This document shows positions 54,981-64,000 of a stretch of DNA of 64,000 nucleotides, piece after piece (the stretch's first letter is position 1; every line of letters starts with the position of its first letter). Location: NCBI GenBank assembly GCA_964016885.1, contig OZ024740.1, positions 189,286,001-189,350,000 on the forward strand, written 5' to 3'. The notes under the pieces are model-generated. The model worked only from the letters and a program-made list of their open reading frames with translations, did no database searches and had not been told where the DNA came from. The stretch is from Eledone cirrhosa (taxonomy: Eukaryota). A program made the translations under genes and the position numbers.

Positions 54981-55775
54981 TCGCATCCTTCGCCCTGCCT
55001 TCTCAACCCACTTCCTTGAATTTCTTGACCTCTTCCTGTTGCGTACGCATCCCAAAACTTTGTACTTCCTCCTCACCAATTCCACGGATCCTACACCACT
55101 GGTCACACGCTCTGGACATCCATCTTCTTATACCCGGATTTTTTCACCATCTGTCCACATATTCACAGGGAAAACATTCAGGAACACAAACACGCATAAA
55201 CACCTACACCATTTTCACACACACGCAACCATACATTACCACGTAGCCACACAACACCAAACACACACACACATGTGCGTATCCTTACATGCACCTACTC
55301 GGCCTCCGGACTCCACACGCCCCCTCTCGCCCACCCTCTCTGACCCCTCATCCACATGCCCACACACACATTGGTTTTCCTATTACCCAAGCATGGAACC
55401 TCGTTCTTCCCCAAACTCTCATACTAACTTCCACACATACACACACACGTACACCTACATACATAAACACACACCATCTTCCCCCCTCCGCATTCGGACC
55501 CCCCTGTTCCCTTCTCCCTTCTCCCCCCTACAACAACCCACCACCCTCTACCCGCCTCACAACTTTTCGCCGCTTGTTTTCATTTTCATTTTTTTCCCCT
55601 ATTTTCATTTTTTCCCTCTTTCAATTTTTCCCCTTTTTTAATGTCTCCCCCCCCCCCTCACACCCTCGGAACTCTTTTCCTTCCCACTTTTCTCCTGATG
55701 AAGGGTTTATGCCCGAAACGTCACCCCATCCCCTCTCTCAAGCATGAACCTAATACCAACACTGTTTGTACTGCA
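54981..55775 (+). mobile_element. Degenerate third PLE remnant ending in a hammerhead core
   Basis: FSTHFLEFLDLFL...TLYF..TNS......SGHPSS resembles the PLE RT FLD...Y.KPT.....S.HP region; C-rich tail; hammerhead core at 55695. Confidence 0.55.
55695..55722 (+). ncRNA. Minimal hammerhead core (PLE type)
   Basis: CTGATGA-A-GGG-TTTATG-CCC-GAAA-CG-TC with palindromic ACGT stem III and a GUC triplet; no stem I partner is evident downstream. Confidence 0.7.
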
Positions 55776-55816
55776 CTATATATATATATATATCATATAT
55801 ATATATCATATATACA

Positions 55817-56036
55817 TTTACTCAGCTGTAGAAATGAGATGATAGGGACTGGGGTCCTTATCATTCCAATGCAAAGTGGTCGTGGAGGTGCCACGGCAAA
55901 AAATCACCCAGCATTCACTGTAAATGAGGTTGGTGTTAGGAAGGGCATCCAGCTGTAGAAATCAAGCCAGAATCAGTTCCCGTCCCACCCTTGCAAGCAG
56001 GGAAAAGCCGACATAAAATGATGATGATGATGATGA
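55817..56036 (+). mobile_element. Mosaic SINE (truncated copy of 25305-25585)
   Basis: Colinear and near-identical to 25366-25585. Confidence 0.85.
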
Positions 56037-56076
56037 TATATATATGTATATATCATATATATATATATTATATATA

Positions 56077-56274
56077 TCATCATCATCATCATCATCACCG
56101 TTTAACGTCCGTGTTCCACGCTTGCATGGGTTTGGACGGGGGTAGTCCCACTTGAGGCAAAAGTGATTGTCTTGCTCGCATATATATATATATTTGTTGT
56201 TCCTATCTATTTGTTGCTGTGCTGATAAGCGTTTTGGCATTGATACACTGGTTGGATCTCCTTCCTAACACCAA
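56077..56274 (-). mobile_element. RTE-type tail / SINE fragment, antisense
   Basis: (CAT)n-caccgtttaacgtccgtgttccacgcttgcatggg...ggatctccttcctaacaccaa. Confidence 0.65.
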
Positions 56275-58263
56275 GGTGGGAGTAGGGAAGGCGTACTTAG
56301 CACGCAGGGAGGCTGAGAGTAGGAGGTTTGGCAATGTTCTGCGACAGGAAGATCAGAGGCGTGCGGTGTTTGACATTGCAAGGCAGTGAGTCAATGTAAA
56401 TCAGGATGTTGTTGGAGATAAATGTGTCCAGAATGATGCCAGTGTACTTAGTGTCACGAATGATCAGAAAAAGGAGGCCTGGAAATGTCATTATGAGAGA
56501 CTAATGAATGTGGAGAACGAATGGGAGAGAGAGAAATTACCCTTGGTAGATCCGACAGAGAGACCAGCTATTGAGATTGACGAATATAGGGTCCAAGAGG
56601 CGATTAAGGAAATGAAAAATGGTAAGGCTGCTGGACCATTGGGGATAGTTGCTAAGATGCTGAAGGCATCAGGGGACGTAGGCACTAAACTGGTTGCATG
56701 CATCATCAATCAGGCTATATATGGTGGTGTCATACCCAAAGACTGGTGCAGCAGTATTCTCATAAATTGCTACAAAGGTAAAAGGGATACTCTGGAGAGG
56801 AGCAATTATAGGGGTATAAATCTGATGGATCAGGTTATGAAAGTGGCAGAAAGGATATTAGCACAATTAATTAGAGAAAGGGTCAAACTAGATGAGATGC
56901 AGTTTCGTTTTGTGCCTGGGAAGAGTACAACAGATGCTCTCTTCTTGGTGAGACAATTACAAGAGAGGTTCGTAGAGAAAAATAAGCCACTATACTTAGC
57001 CTTTGTTGACCAAGAGAAGGCTTTTGATAGGGTACCCTGATCTGTCATCTGGTGGTCTCTAAGGAAACTAGGTGTTGAGGAATGGCTTGTGAGGACAGTG
57101 CAAACTTTGTACAGAGGTACTGTCAGTAAAGTCAGGTAGGAATGGAGTTTATTGAGGAATTCCAGATATAAGTAGGAGTACAACAAAGTTCGGTCCTCAG
57201 CCCGCTATTGTTCATTATAGTCCTCCAAGCCATAACAGAGGAGTTTAAGACTCGCTGTTCATGGGAACTTCTCTATGCTGACGATCTGGTTCTTATAGCA
57301 GAATCAGTAGAGGAGCTAGATAATAAATTCTGGCTATGGAAACAGCAGTTGGAAGCAAGAGGACTGAGAATGAACCTAGCTAAGACAAAAGTGTTGATGA
57401 GTAGAAAAGAGGACAAAACTCTGATTCCATCAGGGAAATGGCCATGTTCGATATGCAGAAAAGGAACTGGCATAAATTCTATAAAATGCACACAATGCAG
57501 ATCATGGGTACACAAGAGATTTAGCAGGATAGCAGGCAAAATAACAGGTAGGGAGAAATACGTATGCAGTAGCTGTACAGGGAAATTAGACAGTAGAAGT
57601 CGCATTGATAGACACATTTTTCAAATGCACGCGGGTGCTATAGAAGTGGTGGATAGCTTCCAGTACCTAGGAGATCAGATTAGCATGGGAGGTGGGTGTT
57701 CCGAGGCCATAGTATCTAGAATAAAGACGGGTTGGAAGAAGTTTAGGGAGCTGCTTCCTCTGCTGACGAAGAGGGGTTTCTCCCTGCATACGAAAGGCCA
57801 GTTATATGATGCCTGTGTGAAGAGCGTGATGCTGCATGGTAGTGAGACATGGGCAGCAACTGCAGAGGATATGCAATGGCTGGAGAGAAATGAGGCAAGC
57901 ATGCTCTATTGGATGTGCAGTGTCAACGTGCGTGAACAACCCGGCATAAATGTGTTGAGAGAGAAACTGTGTCTGAGTGGGATAGAATGTGGTGTGCAGG
58001 AGAGGAGAATGAGGTGGTATGGACATGTGATGCGCATGGAGGATGACTGATGGGTGAAGAAGTGCCAGGAAATGCCAGTTGAAGGAAGACGTGGTAGAGG
58101 TAGACCATGACAAACATGGACGGAGGCTGTGAGAACAGACTTCAGATCGCTGAAGCTCACGGGGGAGATGACGTAGGACCGTGACAAGTGGAGAGATGCT
58201 ATGCTGAGTAAGAGCCATCCCACCCTTGCAAGCAGGGAAGAGCGGACATAAAATGATGATGAT
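56275..58263 (+). mobile_element. 5'-truncated RTE-clade LINE with the RT domain present but disrupted
   Basis: KNGKAAGP; NYRGINL; QFRFVPGKSTTDA; AFVDQEKAFDRVP; VGVQQSSVLSPLLF; LLYADDLVL; FQYLG; LHGSETW; RMRWYGHV; (TGA)n tail; several stops and frameshifts. Confidence 0.96.
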
Positions 58264-58275
58264 ATATATATATAT

Positions 58276-58814
58276 CGTTTCTGAATTTGTTTAGCAAGAT
58301 TCTTTATTTGAAAACATGTGTTGAAACCGATATTGTTATACTTTGGGAGGGTCATGTTGCCAATAAGAAACACACGCACCAATAAATGAACTCCAACCAA
58401 AATGAAATATACAATTAAGCACAAAATGAAACATACAATTAAGCACAAAATGAAAACACACACACATAGAACAAACAACCAACTAGTAACATGTAAATAA
58501 ACAAATAGATAAACAAATAAATAAACAAATAAAAACACACACATACACCCGGATGTAACACATGCGCAAACTAAGCACACAACACACACAAAAACAAGAT
58601 GCCGTAGGACAGAACAAAGAGAAGCACAAAACAAAGAAAATAATCCCCAGTCACTGATGAGGTCACAGAATGTGTGACGAAAGAACTTTGAGAATATATG
58701 AATAACCATCCGGTTGTGGAACCAACCAACCAACCGGAAATTTATAAATTTTTGAAATTTATAATTTAATTTATAATAAATTGGAGTGAAAGCAACTGGT
58801 GCGTATGTTTCTTA
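58276..58814 (+). mobile_element. Non-coding hammerhead-bearing insert (solo pLTR or non-autonomous PLE-like)
   Basis: Bounded by (TA)n; A/C-rich body; 24-bp tandem repeat at 58399-58456; hammerhead motif at 58651-58691. Confidence 0.5.
58651..58691 (+). ncRNA. Minimal type I hammerhead ribozyme motif
   Basis: TCA-CTGATGA (58654-60)-G-GTCACA-GAATG-TGTGAC-GAAA (58679-82)-G-AA-C-TT-TGA: 6-bp stem II, 2-bp stem III, 3-bp stem I. Confidence 0.72.
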
Positions 58815-58921
58815 TATATATATATCATATATATATATATCATATATATATATATATATATATATCATATATATATATATATCATATATATCATATATAT
58901 ATATATCATATAATTATATAT

Positions 58922-59221
58922 ATCATCATCACCGTTTTACGTCCGTTCTTCCATGCTAGCATGGGTTAGACGGGTTGTCCTGTTGTGGGCCGTGTCTGGT
59001 TGGCTGACCATGCCTTGCTCATACAGGAGCTGATTTGGCTTGATTTCTACAGCTGGATGCCCTTCCTAACACCAACCTCATTTACAGTGTGTGCTGGGTG
59101 CTTTTTCGTGGCGCCTACACATCCACTTTACAGTGTGGGCTTGGTGCTTCTTTGCCGTGGCACCTCCACGACCACCATGCAGTGGGTGGTGGGGGGTGGG
59201 GCACATTGTCTATATGCTTCA
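58922..59221 (-). mobile_element. RTE LINE 3' UTR, antisense copy
   Basis: Reverse complement of ~54024-54320 and ~42515-42810. Confidence 0.92.
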
Positions 59222-60139
59222 TATATCATATAAATATATATATCATATAAATATATATCATATAAATATATATATCATATAAATATATATATCATATATA
59301 TATATATACATATATATATATGTATATTTTTTTCATTTTTTTTTATATATATATATACATATATATAGGTATATATCATATATATATATTTATATACACA
59401 TATATATGTATATATCATATATATATCTACACACATATATATATATACCATATATATACTTATATGTATATATCATATATATATATATATCATACTTATA
59501 CACATATATACATATATATATATATAATTATATATATATATATGTGTGTGTGTGTATGTTTTAAAATTATTTTATTAATATTATAGCATTAAAAATTATA
59601 TTGTTATCCAGTATACTAAACTTGTAAAGACAATGTTGTTCTGTTAAATACATTATGGAAAATATAATTCAATTTAAATTAAAATACATGTTACAAACAA
59701 TGCACCAATCATATTTAAATAATTTGTTAGTATTTTTCCTATGCAACACATAAAAAATACAACAAGCTGCATCATTCTATCAAAATATAACTTAAATATG
59801 AACACCACTTAATGACATTTCTAAATTTTGCAGGGAAAAAGGCATCTTAAATTCTTGTGTCTTCTAACAGCTGTCTAATCTATTTATAGGTTTTATTGAA
59901 CTGGTATTTACAGTCCTTTTCAACTAGCTGTATAAAATTCCATTCTATTATTTGTTTAGAGATCTCTTTAACTTTAAAATGTTTAAATATAATTTTAAAT
60001 AGATTCATATTAATCACTCTTATTAAATTGTACAGTTAATTATCTGGACTGTTTTTGCAATTTATCTGCTAAGAAATCAAGTGCACAAATGACCCATTTT
60101 CAATTACCATTTACAAGTTGTGTCTAAAATGTCAAAAGT

Positions 60140-60432
60140 CTGTCTTGAGCCTGGAGGCTCATCAGGCTGGTGTTTTTCTTGGCTTCCATGGTATGAAGTG
60201 ACAGAGTACAAGACCCCCCCCCCCCCCCCACACACACACCTTTACAGGACAGCAGTTCATCACAGGGTTATAACCCTAGCCATTGCTGGTACTCATTTTC
60301 AGCTGAGTATACTGGAACAACGTGGAATAAAATGTTTTGCTCAAGAACACAACACACAATCGAGTCCAGGAAACAAACCCATGACATTATGATCCTGTCC
60401 AACACCGTTACACTAGACCATGTGCCTCCACA
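60140..60432 (-). mobile_element. tRNA-derived SINE with CORE-like domain
   Basis: Reverse complement tgtggaggcacatggtctagtg...gtgttcttgagcaaaacatttt...ctcagctgaaaatgagtaccagc. Confidence 0.75.
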
Positions 60433-63400
60433 TATAATATATGTGGTCCTTTGCAAATATAATGATACCAATAGTATTTAACTGGTTCTTATTTTGTCTA
60501 TTCCTGAAGGATGAAAAGAAAATTCAAATTCTGTGACATTCTAATCCAGAATATAAAAGATCATTCTAATTCCACCATCTATTTATAGCAGCTTCCAAGG
60601 AATTTCCAAATAACTCTTGTAATTTGTAGACTTTGGCCAGCAAAAAATCTTTAATTATATGTTAATTTTTATTTAGATATCTCCTAAGCTGTAAAGGCCA
60701 AATATCATTTAGATTGTGTTAGGAAGATTGAAACTAAATCTCTTGTTGGTTGTAGAAAACAGTCCTAGATAACTTTAAAATAAACTAGTGAATGTATTAT
60801 TAATTCCATTGACTAGATACCCAATAAAATGCCTGCAGCAGAATTAAACACAAGACTTGTAAGCTGCCCGTCCATTATCATATCTATATATCTATTTTGC
60901 TTTTACACTCTTATTCAAATGGCAGTTTTTAAAATAACTAAAAATAAGTTTCAAATACATCAGAATACATAGAGCATTAAAAAGTGCATCAATGTGTTAT
61001 TAGTTGAAAATCTTACATTAGGCAAAGTATAAGTTGGTTCTTTAGATTTTCAGTTCTTGAAAGCATTTTTGCAGTTGGGTATTTTGTATGAGGAAAGTCA
61101 CTAAATGGAGTAACACTGATTTAACTATTGCTTTTCATGTGAAGGATATCTCTCAGTAATTTTCCTTAGTGATTACACTTTTAAATTTGCTAATTATTCA
61201 AACCTATTATTACAAGATTGTACATCTACTATTATTACAAGATTGTACATCTAACATTACTTTGAACAGTACAGTAAAATATATGTCTTGTTGGGGAAGT
61301 TTAATAAAATTTAAACATGTCTTGAGATGTCTTTTTTTATTTGATAAATGGATCAACATTTCTAATCAGATTTATTCTACTTACAACATTGAATATGGCA
61401 ACTAACTTGACTAAGGCTTTCCTTGATTCAGTAGAATATCAAAGATTTAATGGTTGGTTTAAGTCACATATTAAAATTTTCACAATGGCATCAGGAAGAT
61501 TATTTGATTGTCGAGTAAAAACCTGCCAGGAAAATCTCATCCAACCAATGCATACATGCACAAACAGTCCAAGTTATAATATGGAAAAAAATGGATGTTA
61601 AAACATTGCTAAATATTATAAGATAAATAAATAAACAGCAAAATATCAATAACAATGACAAATAAGGACCATCTACTTTAAGAGTTAAATTTCTAAATCC
61701 TTTAAACAGATCATCTTTGGCTAACATCAATTATTCTAGGTGTTGTATAACTTCAGCTCCATCTAAGTGTCTTGTTACTTCAACATATCAAAGGATGCCA
61801 TATATTGTTCCTTCTCTTTTATTGATTGGTAATTCAATCCCTTCCCAGATATAGAGTGGCAAATTGAAAGGACAAGAGATGCAAAGAAGATACTGAAAGT
61901 AGAAAGCAAATATGAAATGTATAGATAAATGAAATATTAATTCAATTTTAGGAGCACCACTACTCCTTGCTTATGAGATTTAATAAAATGCTCTTTGTAT
62001 GGTAGTAACAGAGTTAAATGGGTTAAACATATTTTGTTTGGAGTTCAAATCCCTCTAACATTGACGCTATATTTTATCTTGGTGCAGTTGTTAACACAAA
62101 GGTGAACATCCCTAAGATATACAAATTTGTCTCTTTTATTAACATAAAAAAACATTATGTTTATCATCATCATCATCACCACCACCACCACCACCACGAC
62201 CACCAACATCATCATCGTCATCCTAATCTACAGTTTTATTAGTATTATTTTCTTTACTGACCCATGGTTAGGCATGTAATGTTTTGAAATGTTACTGATT
62301 ATACATGAAATGAATGAAGTATAGAGAGTGGTACTTGGCTCATGCCAAAAACTATATTGTAAAAGATCCAATAACCAAGCCTCTATGTGATTACCCAACT
62401 AAAAATAGTAAGCACATCTCACTCAGCCATCTTTAAAAAAGAAAAATTAAAATTATGCTTTTCTTGTTATTTCCAAAGGTTTACCTACTTTCTCATGTTC
62501 CATCTAATTCTCATTGATGCAACACTATGGGTGAAAGTGCTGCTTGGAGGCTTTTAGCAGCGTTGCATTAAAGAATGAAAAGCCCCTCATATTCTTGGTT
62601 CATTCACAAGCCCCTAGGAATTCTGTTAGCTTCTGCTATAGCTAACCTTTGAATTTCAACAAAGGGTGTTGCTATAGCAGTGACACCGGTGGCAGCCATG
62701 GTTTTTTACTATTGTCTACTGCTACATTCCACTCTTTATTATTTTTTCCTATTCAGAATTCCAAGATAGCCTTATGGCCTTCAAGTTTTTGAAAGACAAA
62801 TAGATGATGATGATGAACCACACTGCACATAACCAAGGCACACAGAGCTGTGCTTGGTAATGCAGTGACAACATGCTATAAAAATAAGACATAATAATAA
62901 TGTTTCTACTTTGGGAATTATTCAAAATAATGATAATGATGATGATGATTTCTAATTTTGACACAAGACTAAAATTGATTAAATACCATTACTGGTATTT
63001 TATTTTATCGATACCGTAAGATTGAAAAGCAAAGTTAACCATGGCAGGATTTGAAATCAGAATGTAGAAGTGCCAGAGCAAATACTGTAAAGCATTAGTA
63101 ATCTAGTAATTCTGCCAATTCTAAACATGATCATCATCTTCATCACCACCACTAACATCATGATCATTATACTTATGTGCATTTTACAATAGATAGAAAT
63201 GTTCTTAGTGATAGTGATGGTGATTGTATATTGCTCTTTTGTTATAGCTGATGGTTTTGTTACACATAGTCCATGTTACACAGTATGATGTAAAATATTT
63301 TAGTCAATCAATCCGGAGACACTACATTACTGTGAATGGCTCCAGCAGCATTGTCATTTCCAGATGATTCTTCCCATGGAATTTCAGCCACAGGCCACTT

Positions 63401-64000
63401 GACGTATATGCCAATATTTCAATATTGTCGAATAACCATGTTAGCTGATAGAGTGGTTTATATCATAGAATATAACAACTGCCATTTATTAGCAAACCAG
63501 TTGATGTGTTATGATTATGATAATAATGTTTAGGAGAAAATCAGCTCTGAATGAGCAAACTTATAACAGCCTGACACATGTTAACCATTATAATACCAAC
63601 CAAACCAAAGCCACCCTAGGTTCTATCAAAATAAAAAGAAAAAATACCAAAAGAAAGCTCCCATTTAAAATGTTGCTATTTAAATTAAAATCTTGCAACA
63701 AAATTTTATGGAAAAACCATGTATTAAATTGTTATCTTAGATTATTGAAATAATTAATAGTTTTTGTAAGCCCCACAAAATTCTTCATTACTTAAATCGA
63801 ATATTGTGGATTTTATTAGAAATATGTTAATGAAAGAGTTAAACAGAGTGAAAAATTAAGCTTACCATCCTGACAGAAAAATGCTTATCAAATTTCATTC
63901 AGTGATGGTAGTGTTAGTAGTGCATTAATTGCACTGATGATAGTGTATACGTTGCATGAATGGCAGTGATAATGGTGTTGGTATCAAAACTGTGGCAACA

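Noticed and set aside
57906-58733. 275-aa minus-strand ORF and other antisense ORFs over LINEs and PLEs
   Set aside because: Shadow frames of RTE coding sequence plus low-complexity A/C-rich DNA; no domain motif.

Overview
AT-rich animal genomic DNA. The dense (TA)n/(CA)n/(CAT)n microsatellites, tRNA-derived SINEs and RTE LINEs suggest a coleoid cephalopod such as Octopus (inference, not proven). One host-gene exon is recognisable: a 196-bp CUB-domain exon at 8474-8669 (+). The rest reads as very long intron or intergenic sequence filled with repeats. The 45-59 kb segment is a pile-up of retroelements inside (TA)n tracts. It holds a near full-length degenerate Naiad-like Penelope-like element (PLE) with 91-bp inverted ends, a second PLE fragment (GIY-YIG), a third PLE remnant, and RTE LINEs, one with a PHD-type finger inside the RT ORF. 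It also holds six hammerhead-ribozyme-like motifs of four sequence types, five of them on the same strand as the CUB exon. Elsewhere there are a 527-bp foldback, TTAA-flanked piggyBac-like MITEs, a mosaic SINE family and several local duplications. Most of the supplied ORFs are microsatellite artefacts. Everything was read by eye with no database search or folding program, so boundaries of old repeats are approximate.
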